Shown here piece by piece: positions 8,361 to 19,474 of a stretch of DNA of 64,000 bases (positions are counted from its first letter, which is position 1; every line of letters begins with the position of its first letter). Origin of the DNA: Candidatus Latescibacterota bacterium. Lineage in GTDB: Bacteria; Latescibacterota; UBA2968; UBA8231. The translations under genes were made by a program, and so were the position numbers. The notes beneath the pieces are model-generated. The model was not told where the DNA came from. It saw nothing but the letters and a program-made list of their open reading frames with translations, and searched no databases. Location: positions 640,001 to 704,000 of the forward strand of contig CBDETK010000013.1 of assembly GCA_965242865.1 (NCBI GenBank), in the 5' to 3' direction.

Positions 8361-11215
8361 AGCGCCGCCTGTCCACCCAGCCCGGGGAGTGGATCGACCG
8401 CACCCAGCCCATTGAATTTCGCTTTGAAGGCGAGGCCTTGAGCGGCTTTGCCGGCGATTGTATCGCCAGCGCACTCTTGGCCGAGGGTGTGCAGGTGATG
8501 GGCCGCAGCTTTAAGTATCACCGGCCGCGCGGGGCGTACAGCTTGGCCGGCCACGACGCCAACGCGCTGTTTACAGACGGCGAGCGCACCCACCTGCGCG
8601 GCGATAGCGAGCCGTTGGCCCCGGGCATGAACCTGCGGGCCGTCAACACCCTAGGCGGGCTAAAGCGCGATTGGCTCAAGTGGCTGGAGCCGTTGGGCCG
8701 CTTCATGCCCGTGGGTTTTTACTACAAGGCGTTTCACCGGCCCCGGTGGCTTTTTCCCTGGTACGAGCGGATCATCCGCCAGATCGCGGGCTTGGGCCAG
8801 TTCAACGATGCTCGGTCGCCGATTGCCAGCCCCAAGGAATACGCTTGGTGCGATGTGCTGGTCGTGGGCGGGGGTGTGGCCGGGCTGTCCGCGGCCAAGG
8901 CCGCGGCCGAAGCTGGAGCCCGCGTTTTGCTGGTCGAGGAACAGGCGCGGTTGGGCGGGAGCTGGGCGTGGCAGCACGGCGGAAGCTGCGACGAGTGGGC
9001 CGCGGAGTTGGCTCCCCGCGTCGAGGTCCGCTGTGGGACGGTGGCCGGCGGCCACTACGCCGACGGCTGGGTCGCCCTGTTCGACGCCGAGCGGATGACC
9101 AAGGTGCGCGCCGCGGCCGTCGTCTATGCCAACGGCGCGATCGAGCAACCGGCGGTCTTTGGGCACAACGACCTGCCGGGCGTGCTGCTCGGGTCGGCCG
9201 CCCAGCGGTTGGTGAAGTTATACGCGGTCAAACCCTGCGACCGCATGGTGGTATTAGCGGCCAACAGCGATGCGTATAGGGTCGCGCTGGACATGCTCGA
9301 CGCGGGCATTGAGGTGGCGGCCCTCGCCGATTTGCGGCCCGACGCGCCCCCGGGGGGCTTAGCGGAAAAAATCGCCGCGGCCGGAGTGCCGCTCTACAAC
9401 GGCCACGGGGTCTATACCGCGCTGCCCAATCGGCCTAAGAACGGCTTGCGCGGGGCCGTAGTCGCTCCGTTAGCGGCCGACGGCACCCTAGATGCCCAGC
9501 GCGGGATCGAGATCGCCTGTGACGGCCTAGCCGCGTCGGTCGGCTGGATGCCCAACGCCGCGCTGCCCAGCCAAGCCGGGGTGCAATTCGCCTACGACGA
9601 GGCGGTAGAGCAGCTCGTGCCCCGGTCGAGTCCGGCCGGGGTCTTTGTCGCCGGGCGCGTGCGCGGGGTGTACGACCTCGCGGCGCAGCGGGAAGACGGC
9701 CGGGCGGCCGGGCTGAGGGCCGCCCGCTACGCTGGCTACTCCACCGCCGCACCGCCGCCATCGCCGTCACCGGAAGCCGCCAGCCACCGCTATCCCATTT
9801 TCGCCCATCCGAGTAAAAAGAACTTCGTGGATTTTGACGAGGATTTGCACTTGGCGGATTTCGTCGCTGCCCACCAAGAAGGCTTCGACAGCGTCGAGCT
9901 GCTCAAGCGGTACAGCACGGTGGGGATGGGGCCGAGCCAAGGCAAGCTGTCCAACATGAACGCGATGCGGGTCTTGGCCCAACTCAACGGCGACTCCCTT
10001 GCCGCGACCGGTTCGACGACCGCCCGTCCCTTCTACCAGCCGGTGCCGCTGGGGCATTTGGCCGGTCGGCGCTTCCACCCGATGCGCCGGACGCCGGTCC
10101 ACACTTGGCATCGCGCCCACGGCGCGGTCTTTGCCCACGCCGGCGACTGGTATCGCCCCGAATACTATCGCTGCGGCGATGCCAGCCGCGACGAGTGCAT
10201 CGTGCAGGAGGCGCGGCAGGTGCGGGCTGGTCTGGGGCTGATCGACGTGAGTACGCTGGGCAAATTGCAAATCAGCGGCCCGGACGCAGGCGAGCTGCTC
10301 GAGCGTCTATATACGGGCCGCTTCAAGAAGATGCCGATTGGCCGCTGCCGCTACGGCGTGGCGCTTGACGAGAGTGGGGTCGTGATCGAGGACGGGGTGA
10401 TTGCGCGGCTGGCCGAGGACCGCTTTTACGTCACTACGACGAGCAGCGGCGCGGCGGCCTTTTACCGCGAGATCCTGCGCTGGGCCGCGATTTGGGGCTT
10501 GGACGCGACCTTGAGCAATGCCACGGGCCAACTCGCGGCCTTCAATCTGGCTGGCCCCGCAAGCCGCGCCGCGCTGGCCGCGTTGACCGACCTCGATCTG
10601 AGGTCCGGGCCTTTTTCCTATCTACGGGTGCGCGAGGGCGCGGTGGCCGGGGTGCGGGCGTTGGTGATGCGGGTGGGATTTGTCGGCGAACTGGGTTACG
10701 AGATCCACGTGCCGGCTTGGGAAGGGGAACACGTGTGGCGGGCACTGGCCGCGGCCGGGGCGCACCCGGTTGGGGTGGAGGCGCAGCGGTTGTTGCGCTT
10801 GGAAAAAGGGCACTTGATCGTCGGCCACGACACGGACGCGCTGACGCATCCCCAAGAGGCGGGCTTGGCGTGGACCATTGGCAAAAACAAGCGCTTCTTC
10901 GTGGGCCAGCGCAGCCTGCAAATCTACGCGCCCGTGCAGCGCGTGTTGGTCGGCGTGCGGTGGCCGGTCGGTTTTGCCGGCAAGCTGCCCGAGGAGTGCA
11001 ACCTGATCGTGCGGGGCGGGTGGATTGCCGGTCGCGTGACCAGCATCGCCCCGGTCTCGACGCTGGGGTATCCGCTCGGCTTGGCCTTTGTCGAAGCGGA
11101 TATGGCCGCGCCCGGCACTCCGGTGGAAGTGCGCCTAGACGATGGTTCGACGAGCGCGGCCGAGGTTGCTGCGCGGCCCTTTTACGATCCCGGGGACGAG
11201 CGGCAGAAAGTTTGA
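8357..11215 (+). CDS. mgdC: N-methylglutamate dehydrogenase subunit C (SoxA-like, with GcvT domain)
   Basis: GRSFKYHRPRG, VVGGGVAGL, KRYSTVGMGPSQGK, DVSTLGK, GELGYEI and LRLEKGH motifs. GTG 8357 overlaps the mgdB stop. Confidence 0.9.
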   Translation: MKRRLSTQPGEWIDRTQPIEFRFEGEALSGFAGDCIASALLAEGVQVMGRSFKYHRPRGAYSLAGHDANALFTDGERTHLRGDSEPLAPGMNLRAVNTLGGLKRDWLKWLEPLGRFMPVGFYYKAFHRPRWLFPWYERIIRQIAGLGQFNDARSPIASPKEYAWCDVLVVGGGVAGLSAAKAAAEAGARVLLVEEQARLGGSWAWQHGGSCDEWAAELAPRVEVRCGTVAGGHYADGWVALFDAERMTKVRAAAVVYANGAIEQPAVFGHNDLPGVLLGSAAQRLVKLYAVKPCDRMVVLAANSDAYRVALDMLDAGIEVAALADLRPDAPPGGLAEKIAAAGVPLYNGHGVYTALPNRPKNGLRGAVVAPLAADGTLDAQRGIEIACDGLAASVGWMPNAALPSQAGVQFAYDEAVEQLVPRSSPAGVFVAGRVRGVYDLAAQREDGRAAGLRAARYAGYSTAAPPPSPSPEAASHRYPIFAHPSKKNFVDFDEDLHLADFVAAHQEGFDSVELLKRYSTVGMGPSQGKLSNMNAMRVLAQLNGDSLAATGSTTARPFYQPVPLGHLAGRRFHPMRRTPVHTWHRAHGAVFAHAGDWYRPEYYRCGDASRDECIVQEARQVRAGLGLIDVSTLGKLQISGPDAGELLERLYTGRFKKMPIGRCRYGVALDESGVVIEDGVIARLAEDRFYVTTTSSGAAAFYREILRWAAIWGLDATLSNATGQLAAFNLAGPASRAALAALTDLDLRSGPFSYLRVREGAVAGVRALVMRVGFVGELGYEIHVPAWEGEHVWRALAAAGAHPVGVEAQRLLRLEKGHLIVGHDTDALTHPQEAGLAWTIGKNKRFFVGQRSLQIYAPVQRVLVGVRWPVGFAGKLPEECNLIVRGGWIAGRVTSIAPVSTLGYPLGLAFVEADMAAPGTPVEVRLDDGSTSAAEVAARPFYDPGDERQKV

Positions 11216-11241
11216 TTCCCGGCGGCCTGCTCGCGTACATC

Positions 11242-13806
11242 TCATCTCACTACATCTGCAATGCGAGCATCCGCGATTTGTTGCAAGAGCTGGATGGCAT
11301 GTGCTCGCTTTGCCTCGATCGCGCGGTGTTTTGCTGCTATTTTCTTTTGGGCTGCAAGGTCGAAGGTCCCGTCTTTGCATATTGGAATATCTACTGCTAC
11401 CCGTGTTATGTTGTCTAGGTTGGCCCGGTATGTTCGGTCAAACCCATGCCGGTCGCGCGTCGCGTGCAGTGCATGGTACAAGTATTCCGGGTCAATGTTG
11501 TTATCGACTATGCGCAATACTCCGCAATGGTCCGTCGGATGGAATGGAAAATTAGCGGGGATTAGATGCCATGCAAAGTTTCCGTCTAAGCCCCAAGTAA
11601 GCGATGGCATGTCAAACTCAGTCAACAGGTCTGAGATCTCAATGTAGCCAAAGACATCGTGAACGTTTGCACTGATACAAGGGATGCCTTTTTCAATACA
11701 ATTTTTCCTGACGACTCGTCTTCCTATCTGCAATGTGAACAAGTCTCGATCCCCGAGCAATACCTCCTTGAATTGTGCATTTACATCTAAGTGCTCTATC
11801 GGGGTTTCTCCTGCCTGCGCGAGCAATCGATTGAACTGTTCTATGCTCAATTCTTCCTGCGCCTGAGTTGCCCCTAGTTGCTCCAATTCATCTTCTCGCC
11901 AATAGCGATCGACCATCCAATGCCGATATAGTGCAAAATCGTTCCATAAGATAATTTTGCAGCGCCGGCACGAAGAAGCGAACGAAGCAGGAGAACCTTT
12001 GAATTGGTTGAATAAATCTACCATTTCGAGCAAATTGTTCTCGTCGATTTCCCAACGATTTGCATCACGCGATTCTCCAATCTCCGATACTAAATAAGTG
12101 AAAACAGGAGTAGTCTGTTCATCGCGTTCGTCGCCTTTGCGCTCAAGCACCAAAATATATGTTTTCTTAGGAGTCGAATAGAAGGTGCGAATCGGCAGAG
12201 ACACCACGGCGCGAATCAGACAGTTTTGTTTTGTGTAGTTTAAGACGTTTTCTTGATTCAGCAATCCATCCGGTACAATAACAAATGCCGATCCGCCCGG
12301 CTTCAAACTCTTGATGATCCACTGTAAGGCAAGAGCTTCTGTGCCGCGCCCCGCAACGGCATATTTATCCGCGATACCAGCATCCTCCAAGGCATTTTTT
12401 AAGCTACTGGAGCCGCTCGTGACATAAGGCGGATTGGTGAGAATGAGATCGTGCTTGGCATCGTCATCGGCGGCAAATGTCCCGAGATTGGTTCGCAACA
12501 GCTCAAACATTGGGTTGACGACTTTTCTGGCAAACTCGCCGATAAAATCAGGGGAGTTATAGGTCGCGATAAGATCGGAAAAGTAAATAATGGCATTGGC
12601 TTTTGCCAAAACGATGGTCCGTTCGTCTTCTTGCTCTTCGCTTCCCTTATCGTATCCGACGACCGATACCTGCGGGTTTACGACTCCATTGTGCGGCCTG
12701 AATTGCGCCATTAACCGGGGACTTTCAATGATTGCCTCCAACAAGAAGCCACCCACACCGCAAAAAGGATCGCACAAAGAGGCACCGGGTGCCAGCGAAT
12801 TAGCCGTTGACATTTTTACGATGGCTTGCACGACATTCCGCGGCGTGAAGTACTGGCCCAAATGACGCAATCCTGCCCCTTGCCGGAGAAATGATTCGTA
12901 GAGCCTCATTTTGAACTGCCGCTGAATGTATTTGAAGGACCCGTATTCTCGATCAAAGTCTTGCAGGTCGCCTAAAACTTCACAAAATAGCCTGGCTTGG
13001 GATACATTGGGCTCGCCTTGTTCATTGACGAAAATCGTGCCGTTTATGATCGTAGTCCCGTCCGTTCCTTCTGGGAATAGATTGCGAATAGCTAGACGGC
13101 TTATTCGAGCATAGTTCGTCAAGGCCGCGACCGGGCCGGGCGACTTGCTAAGGTCATATACGTAGGCGAAATTTTCGTGCGCTTTCAGTACGGAGAGGTC
13201 GGAAAGAAACTTAAAGACAAATAGCTCGACTACGTTATACAGGCATTTTTCTGGTTCTTTGCCCGTGTTGATCCAGATTTTTTGCCAGATCGTGTGGGCG
13301 AGTTGTGAGGGATCAATCAGCGTCGGGCTGCTCAACTCGTCGTTGGTAGAAGATAGCGAATGATCCGCTTGGTCAATTGCTTGTTCTAGGCATTGTAATT
13401 GTTCGGCTGAAATGGTCCCGTCGATAAGTGTCTTCGCATTGAATACTGGTAGTGAATCGGATTTTACGAGATTTCCCGTATGTGGGTTGACCCACAAGGT
13501 TTTCCCGCCATCGGTGACGATCAGCAGGTTACAAAAATGCCTTGCAACTTCTAGCTCTTGATCGATTGCTCTTTTGATCTGGGACTCGGTAGATAGCTCC
13601 GTAGAAGTCTTGTATTCAATACACGCTTTTACGGCGCCTTTGCCGAGAGTAATTAACCCATCGGGCCTTTTGTTTTTGAGGCGGTTCGGAAGCGGGCCAG
13701 AGACGATTCCCGCTCTTTTTAGCTGGGTTAAGGTAGAAGCCCCAAGGCGATGATACGTATATCGCCCGATGAGGATACTCGAAGTTTGCAAAAGTTCTTC
13801 ACTCAT
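11242..13806 (-). CDS. Type IIG-like restriction-modification fusion (PD-(D/E)xK nuclease + N6-adenine MTase + TRD)
   Basis: PDG...IEYK nuclease motif, GQYFTP, DPFCGVGGF, TNPPY and a C-terminal HsdS-like TRD. Lower GC. Confidence 0.85.
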   Translation of the reverse strand: MSEELLQTSSILIGRYTYHRLGASTLTQLKRAGIVSGPLPNRLKNKRPDGLITLGKGAVKACIEYKTSTELSTESQIKRAIDQELEVARHFCNLLIVTDGGKTLWVNPHTGNLVKSDSLPVFNAKTLIDGTISAEQLQCLEQAIDQADHSLSSTNDELSSPTLIDPSQLAHTIWQKIWINTGKEPEKCLYNVVELFVFKFLSDLSVLKAHENFAYVYDLSKSPGPVAALTNYARISRLAIRNLFPEGTDGTTIINGTIFVNEQGEPNVSQARLFCEVLGDLQDFDREYGSFKYIQRQFKMRLYESFLRQGAGLRHLGQYFTPRNVVQAIVKMSTANSLAPGASLCDPFCGVGGFLLEAIIESPRLMAQFRPHNGVVNPQVSVVGYDKGSEEQEDERTIVLAKANAIIYFSDLIATYNSPDFIGEFARKVVNPMFELLRTNLGTFAADDDAKHDLILTNPPYVTSGSSSLKNALEDAGIADKYAVAGRGTEALALQWIIKSLKPGGSAFVIVPDGLLNQENVLNYTKQNCLIRAVVSLPIRTFYSTPKKTYILVLERKGDERDEQTTPVFTYLVSEIGESRDANRWEIDENNLLEMVDLFNQFKGSPASFASSCRRCKIILWNDFALYRHWMVDRYWREDELEQLGATQAQEELSIEQFNRLLAQAGETPIEHLDVNAQFKEVLLGDRDLFTLQIGRRVVRKNCIEKGIPCISANVHDVFGYIEISDLLTEFDMPSLTWGLDGNFAWHLIPANFPFHPTDHCGVLRIVDNNIDPEYLYHALHATRDRHGFDRTYRANLDNITRVAVDIPICKDGTFDLAAQKKIAAKHRAIEAKRAHAIQLLQQIADARIADVVR

Positions 13807-14068
13807 TATGAACACCCGCTTGCCTCCCGGCTAAATTTGCCATAATATAAGCCTGCGTTTTTGCAAAGCTAATAATTCCCTGCCAAAAACTATGTCCCTA
13901 CCGCCGCCGCCGCTCGCTTGACCTCTCGCAAACAGAAGATCAGCTATGCTCTCAACTGACGCAAGCTCCCTCGGCCAGATCGTCGCGGCCGGCGTTTGGC
14001 TCATCGTCGATGGCTTTTTCGGGGCGGTGGGCAACCGCCTGCCGGTGTATTAATTTTTTAACGAGAGG

Positions 14069-15625
14069 ATGCAAACCATGACGACAACTTCCAACACCAA
14101 CGGGGCCACCACCGGCTACGAGGCCGAGCTGTGGCAGATGGCCGACGCGCTGCGGGGTAGCATGGACGCGGCCGAGTACAAGCACGTCGTCCTCGGCCTC
14201 ATTTTTCTCAAGTACATCTCCGACGCCTTTGAGGAAGCGCGTGCCCGGCTGGAAGCCGCGCGCAGCCAAGGGGCCGATCCCGAGGACCCGGACGAATACC
14301 GCGCCGAGAACATTTTCTGGGTGCCGGTTGAGGCCCGCTGGTCCCGTCTCAAGGAGCAGGCGCGGCAACCCACCATCGGCCCAGTCGTAGATGAGGCCAT
14401 GGCCGGCATTGAGCGCGACAATCCCGCCCTCAAGGGGGTGCTGCCCCAGGATTACGCCCGTCTCGTCTTGGACGCGCAGCGCCTTGGACAGCTCATAGAC
14501 CTCGTGAGCAACATCACCGTGGGCGACGCCGAGGCGCGCTCCAAGGATGTGTTGGGCCGCGTGTATGAGTACTTCCTTTCTCAGTTCGCCAGCGCCGAAG
14601 GCAAGCGCGGCGGCGAGTTTTACACCCCGCGCAGCGTGGTCAGGCTCCTCGTCGAGATGCTGGAACCTTATCGGGGCCGGGTGTACGATCCCTGCTGCGG
14701 CTCCTCGGGCTTGTTCGTCCAGTCGGTGGAATTCATCGAAGCCCATGCTTCGGGCAACGGCAACAGCGGCCGCGCGGGCCTCTCCATCTACGGTCAGGAG
14801 TCCAACTACACCACGTGGCGGCTGGCCAAGATGAACTTGGCGATCCGGGGCATTGAGGGCCAAATCGCCCACGGCGACAGCTTCCACAACGACCGCCACC
14901 CCGATTTGAAGGCCGATTTCATCCTCGCCAATCCGCCGTTCAATATCTCCGATTGGGGCCGCGAGAGACTGCAAGACGACCAGCGCTGGCAGTACGGAAC
15001 CCCGCCCAAGGGCAACGCCAACTTCGCTTGGGTGCAGCACATCGTTCACCACCTCGCGCCGGCGGGCGCGGCGGGCTTTGTGTTGGCCAACGGCTCCATG
15101 TCGTCCAACCAGTCGCACGAGGGCGAGATTAGAAAGAATTTGATCGAGGTCGACTTGGTGGATTGCATGGTCGCGCTGCCCGGCCAGCTTTTCTACTCCA
15201 CTCAGATACCGGCCTGCCTGTGGTTTTTGTCGCGCAATCGACGCAAGGGGGGCGAGATTTTGTTTATTGACGCGCGGAAGTTGGGTTGGATGGTGGATCG
15301 CACCCACCGCGATTTTGCCCCAGCCGACATCGCCCGCATCGCGGGTGCGTATCGCGCTTGGCGCGGCCGAGAAGGGGCGGGCGACTACGAAGATGTGCCC
15401 GGCTTTTGCAAGAGCGCGTCGCTAGAAGAGGTCCGCAAGCACGGCTACGTCCTCACGCCGGGCCGCTACGTGGGGGCCGCGGTGCAAGCGGACGACGGCG
15501 AGCCTTTCGCCGAAAAGATGCAGCGGCTGGCGGCGCAATGGCGCGTGCAGCAGGCCGAGGGGCAAAGGCTGGACGCGGCGGTTGGGGCGAATCTGAAGGC
15601 ACTCGGATTTGGAGACGATCCATGA
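14069..15625 (+). CDS. hsdM: Type I RM methyltransferase subunit
   Basis: [38 protein letters not shown] and LTPGRYVG motifs. Confidence 0.95.
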   Translation: MQTMTTTSNTNGATTGYEAELWQMADALRGSMDAAEYKHVVLGLIFLKYISDAFEEARARLEAARSQGADPEDPDEYRAENIFWVPVEARWSRLKEQARQPTIGPVVDEAMAGIERDNPALKGVLPQDYARLVLDAQRLGQLIDLVSNITVGDAEARSKDVLGRVYEYFLSQFASAEGKRGGEFYTPRSVVRLLVEMLEPYRGRVYDPCCGSSGLFVQSVEFIEAHASGNGNSGRAGLSIYGQESNYTTWRLAKMNLAIRGIEGQIAHGDSFHNDRHPDLKADFILANPPFNISDWGRERLQDDQRWQYGTPPKGNANFAWVQHIVHHLAPAGAAGFVLANGSMSSNQSHEGEIRKNLIEVDLVDCMVALPGQLFYSTQIPACLWFLSRNRRKGGEILFIDARKLGWMVDRTHRDFAPADIARIAGAYRAWRGREGAGDYEDVPGFCKSASLEEVRKHGYVLTPGRYVGAAVQADDGEPFAEKMQRLAAQWRVQQAEGQRLDAAVGANLKALGFGDDP

Positions 15626-17361
15626 ACTACACCGACCAAGAGATCGTACGCCAAATTCGCTTAGGCGAGGATAGCCAATGGGAATTTAAGCAGATCGAGT
15701 TTTCCGGGAATCGGCCCAAAAGCCCGAGCCGCAATGATTTGGCCGACGAGATCGCAGCGTTTGCCAACGCCGACGGCGGCGTCCTGCTCTGCGGCGTTAC
15801 CGACACCGGCGCAACTCAAGGTATGTCGCGTGAACAAATGGACGCACTCGAGCGGCTGTTGGTGGACCTCTGCACCGATGCGATCAAGCCACCGATTCGG
15901 CCTACGATCCTTCGACGCCTCCTAGACGACTGTCCGCTGCTGCTGGTCGCAGTGCCGCAAGGTCATGCCCAACACGACAGCCCCGGCGGCAGCTACCACC
16001 GGGTCGGCAGCTCAAAGTGCCGGATGACGAGCGACGAGCGGCTGCGCCTAGCGCAGCGGCGGGGACAAGCGCGCTTCCTCTGGTTCGACGAGCAACCAGT
16101 ACCGGAAACGGGGTTCCGCACCCTGGACGAAGGGCTGTGGAAGCCGCTGTTGAGCACTGAAAGCGCGGCCGATCCCCCAGCGGCATTGGAGAAGATGGGA
16201 TTGCTGGCCAGAGGAGAGAACGGCGTCCGGCGAGCTACTGTGGCCGGGGTGTTGTTGTGCAGTGCGGCCCCGGAGGAGTGGCTAAAAAACGCCGGCATCA
16301 CCGCTACTTGCTATCGGGGCCAAGATCGCACTACGGGGCAGGTTGATGCCCAAACCATTGGCGGCCCCCTGCAACGGCAAATCGCCGAAGCAGTGGCCTT
16401 TATCGTGCGGAACATGCGCGTTGCCGCGCACAAGACGCCGGCGCGGGCGGAACTGCCTCAATACAGCGAAGAAGCCCTGTTTGAGGCGGTGGTCAACGCC
16501 GTGGCGCACCGCGACTATTCGATTCAAGCGAGCAGGATCCGTCTTTCAATGTTTGAGGATCGGGTCGAGATCCAATCGCCGGGTTCACTGCCGAACAACC
16601 TGACGGTAGAAGATATGCCGCACCGGCAGGCGACGCGGAACGAACTTTTGACTTCATTGCTCGGCCGAGTTCCTGCCTCCGGTATCAAGGGGGCCGGGGG
16701 GCGGTTGTACATCATGGAACGACGCGGGGACGGGGTTCCCATCATGCGGCGGGCCACCCGGGAACTCAGCGGCTCCTTCCCCGAGTTTCGGCTCATCGCG
16801 GATGCCGAACTGTGCGTGACCATCCCCTCGGCTTCGCTGGAATCGACGCCGGCCCGCGCAGTGATCACCGTGTGGTGCGCAGGCCAACCCCTACCGAATG
16901 CCGATGTATTGGCTCTTTTTCCGAACAAGACGTGGAAGCGCGAGACCACCGACGAAAATGGCGAGGCGGCCATTGATCTACACACCACGCATCTTCCCAT
17001 GACGGTATTTGTTGCCGCTGTTGGGTACGCCGCGCACGTAGAACGGGAGTGGGTGCCGAGCCGAGGCGCACTCGCGGTCGAACTTGAGGCTCTACCCGAG
17101 GGCGGTGCGGTCATTTTTCCAGAGGCGACCGGCCACATTCCGGGTTTGACGGGGCGGTTAAATCCCATCTTGGATACCCACGACCGGACCTACCTATACG
17201 CTTCCAACATCGCCATTAACCAAGGCGAGCCGCAGCCGGTTCACTTCATTGTCGGAGAAGAGTTGCGTCTGACGGACGCGGATGGCAGAGAACGACGGGT
17301 GTGTATTGTCGATATTGTGGGCCGGTCTGCGCTGGTGGAATATCGCGCCCTAGAGCCGTGA
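15622..17361 (+). CDS. AlbA_2/Schlafen domain + HATPase_c_4 (RecG-C-like) protein with extra C-terminal beta-rich domain
   Basis: [35 protein letters not shown] and MERRGDG motifs. ATG 15622 overlaps the hsdM stop. Confidence 0.85.
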   Translation: MNYTDQEIVRQIRLGEDSQWEFKQIEFSGNRPKSPSRNDLADEIAAFANADGGVLLCGVTDTGATQGMSREQMDALERLLVDLCTDAIKPPIRPTILRRLLDDCPLLLVAVPQGHAQHDSPGGSYHRVGSSKCRMTSDERLRLAQRRGQARFLWFDEQPVPETGFRTLDEGLWKPLLSTESAADPPAALEKMGLLARGENGVRRATVAGVLLCSAAPEEWLKNAGITATCYRGQDRTTGQVDAQTIGGPLQRQIAEAVAFIVRNMRVAAHKTPARAELPQYSEEALFEAVVNAVAHRDYSIQASRIRLSMFEDRVEIQSPGSLPNNLTVEDMPHRQATRNELLTSLLGRVPASGIKGAGGRLYIMERRGDGVPIMRRATRELSGSFPEFRLIADAELCVTIPSASLESTPARAVITVWCAGQPLPNADVLALFPNKTWKRETTDENGEAAIDLHTTHLPMTVFVAAVGYAAHVEREWVPSRGALAVELEALPEGGAVIFPEATGHIPGLTGRLNPILDTHDRTYLYASNIAINQGEPQPVHFIVGEELRLTDADGRERRVCIVDIVGRSALVEYRALEP

Positions 17362-17468
17362 GGCGCGCAAGGAGCGCGTCGGCTGGCTTGACGTTACGTA
17401 CATTCTCTTTAGGAGAAGCTCCGAGCGATTGAACGCTTCAGGACATTTAGTAAAGGGCTGAAAATCAG

Positions 17469-17615
17469 ATGGTGGACATCCTTCTTACTCAAGCAGAAGC
17501 GGACGCTTTAATAGCGATGGAGAAACACCGCGCAACAGATGATCTGGCTAACTTCCCAGTGGGGGGAGAATCCGTAGTCTTGCCGCCCTACATAGATCGG
17601 GGGCTTTTCACATGA
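17469..17615 (+). pseudogene. internally deleted remnant of the usual upstream partner of DUF1828/1829 proteins (DUF6978-like)
   Basis: 48-aa [24 protein letters not shown]...GGESVVLP|PYIDRGLFT, below the ORF-track cutoff. Its stop overlaps the next start. Confidence 0.6.
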
Positions 17616-18376
17616 TGCAGGATATTCAGAAGCTGCTGGATGCCTATCATGTTTGGCTCAAGGACAAGACCGTCTTGAACCAAATCGACCAATGGGTCGA
17701 AATCACAACGCCCTATCTCGACCGACACAACGACTATGTACAGATCTACGTCAAGAAGGTCAATGAGGGATTTTTATTGACGGACGATGGATATGTCATT
17801 GATGACCTGAAGCAAAGCGGCTGCAAGCTCGATAGCCGTAAGCGCCGAGAATTGCTCAAGACGACACTCAATGGCTTCGGTGTGAAGAAGGATGGCAATG
17901 CGTTGCAGGTCCATGCGTCGGCTGGCAATTTCTCGCTGCGTAAACACAATCTCGTCCAAGCAATGCTCGCCGTTAATGATATGTTCTATCTGGCGGTGCC
18001 TATGGTGGCAAGCCTGTTCTACGAGGATGTCGTTGCTTGGCTGGATGTGCATGATATTCGATATACCCCCAAGGTGAAGTTTACCGGAAAGACCGGGTAC
18101 GACCACCTGTTCGATTTCGTAATTCCAAAGTCTCGGCAGCAACCGGAGCGCGTCATCAAGACAATCAACCGACCAGATCGCTCCGCTGCTCAGGCTGTGG
18201 TTCTCTCATGGGTTGACACGAAGGAGGTACGCACCCCTGAATCTCGTGTATATGCACTGCTGAATGACTCAGAGCAAGCGGTGCATCAGGCGGCACTGGA
18301 TGCTCTACGGAGCTACGACGTGAGGCCAGTGATGTGGAGCCAGCGGGAGGAGGTACGGGAGGAACTTGCGGCATGA
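17612..18376 (+). CDS. DUF1828/DUF1829 domain protein
   Basis: [12 protein letters not shown]...LTDDGY N-terminal domain, and [15 protein letters not shown] nuclease-like C-terminal domain. Confidence 0.85.
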   Translation: MMQDIQKLLDAYHVWLKDKTVLNQIDQWVEITTPYLDRHNDYVQIYVKKVNEGFLLTDDGYVIDDLKQSGCKLDSRKRRELLKTTLNGFGVKKDGNALQVHASAGNFSLRKHNLVQAMLAVNDMFYLAVPMVASLFYEDVVAWLDVHDIRYTPKVKFTGKTGYDHLFDFVIPKSRQQPERVIKTINRPDRSAAQAVVLSWVDTKEVRTPESRVYALLNDSEQAVHQAALDALRSYDVRPVMWSQREEVREELAA

Positions 18377-18434
18377 GCGTCGTGCGTACCGTACTGTACC
18401 TTTCGTCGAACAGGAACTGAACGCGGATAAAGCA

Positions 18435-18677
18435 ATGGCAACCAGAGACGTAAAAGTGATCGCCATCGGCAACTCTAAGGGCATTCGGCTTCCCAAGGCC
18501 CTGTTGCAGAAATACGGCTGGGGAGACTCTCTCGTCCTTGAAGAAACCGAAGAAGGCGTTTTTCTGCACAGCAACAAAAAGAACAAGCTCGCTTGGCAAG
18601 AGACCTATCGCGCCATGGCGGCTGACCGCGAAGACTGGAGCGATCTCGCTGCCGTTGTCGCCGATGGTCTCGATTGA
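18435..18677 (+). CDS. AbrB/MazE-family antitoxin (orphan)
   Basis: KVIAIGNSKGIRLPK AbrB signature. No toxin ORF follows. Confidence 0.8.
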   Translation: MATRDVKVIAIGNSKGIRLPKALLQKYGWGDSLVLEETEEGVFLHSNKKNKLAWQETYRAMAADREDWSDLAAVVADGLD

Positions 18678-18720
18678 TGGCGGCCTTATCACGGAGATGT
18701 ACGGAGATCGGCAGTAAAAC

Positions 18721-19143
18721 ATGCACATCAACACGGACTTCCTCACGCGCTGCATCCGCGTCCTAGAGACGGCGTTGGAGCAGTTGCCACAGTACGACGA
18801 GGACCATGTCTGGTACGACATCTTCCGCACCGCTTGCGTCAAGGAATTTGAGTTGATCTTGGAGCAAAGCGGCAGTTTGTTGAAAAAACGGCTCAGGCCC
18901 TATTTCGCCAGCAATCGGCAGGCGGACCAGCTAACCTTCAAAAACTTGTTTCGCCACGCCGCAAAGCACGGGCTAATCTCGGTTGAGAGCTGCGAGCGTT
19001 GGCTGGAATACCGCGACCACCGCAATGACACGGCGCACCAATACGGCGCCGACTTTGCGGAGGCGACGCTGGCGCTGGCGCCTCAATTCATCACCGACGC
19101 CAAGGAATTAGTTCAGGTCATAACGGAGGGGGAGGATGACTGA
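18721..19143 (+). CDS. HEPN-domain toxin (HI0074 / nucleotidyltransferase substrate-binding family)
   Basis: KEFEL.LE and RNDTAH (RX4H) motifs. Coupled to the downstream MNT. Confidence 0.85.
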   Translation: MHINTDFLTRCIRVLETALEQLPQYDEDHVWYDIFRTACVKEFELILEQSGSLLKKRLRPYFASNRQADQLTFKNLFRHAAKHGLISVESCERWLEYRDHRNDTAHQYGADFAEATLALAPQFITDAKELVQVITEGEDD

Positions 19144-19474
19144 GCGGCTGGATTTGCCGCGCCGCTACCGGGAGCAGATTGAGGCCCTGCTGCGCGAGCA
19201 TGTGCCCGGCGTGGAAGTGTGGGCTTACGGCAGCCGCGTCAACGGCAGAAGCCACGAGGGCAGTGACTTGGACTTGGTGCTCAGGGGGCCGGACTTGCAG
19301 CGGATACCTAGCGGTCAACTGCTGGATCTGACTGAGGCGTTGGAGGAGTCGAATGTCCCTATTATTGTGCAGGCGCACGATTGGGCCGGGCTGCCGGAGA
19401 GCTTTCATCGGGAGATTGAGCGGGAGTATGTGGTTTTGCAGGGGGAGGACTGGGATAAGGAGGCAACACCATGA
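19136..19474 (+). CDS. minimal nucleotidyltransferase (MNT) antitoxin
   Basis: YGSRVNGRSHEGSDLDL (GS-x10-DxD) motif. Confidence 0.88.
   Translation: MTERLDLPRRYREQIEALLREHVPGVEVWAYGSRVNGRSHEGSDLDLVLRGPDLQRIPSGQLLDLTEALEESNVPIIVQAHDWAGLPESFHREIEREYVVLQGEDWDKEATP

Noticed and set aside
6834-11215. Annotation as heterotetrameric sarcosine oxidase soxBDAG
   Set aside because: The genes are homologous, but linkage to mgsABC and gmaS favours N-methylglutamate dehydrogenase.
13952-15307. 451-aa minus-strand ORF, and similar long ORFs at 3835-4809, 40652-41698, 49485-51029, 52739-53746 and 60772-62034
   Set aside because: Antisense shadows of well-supported high-GC genes, with no recognisable motifs.
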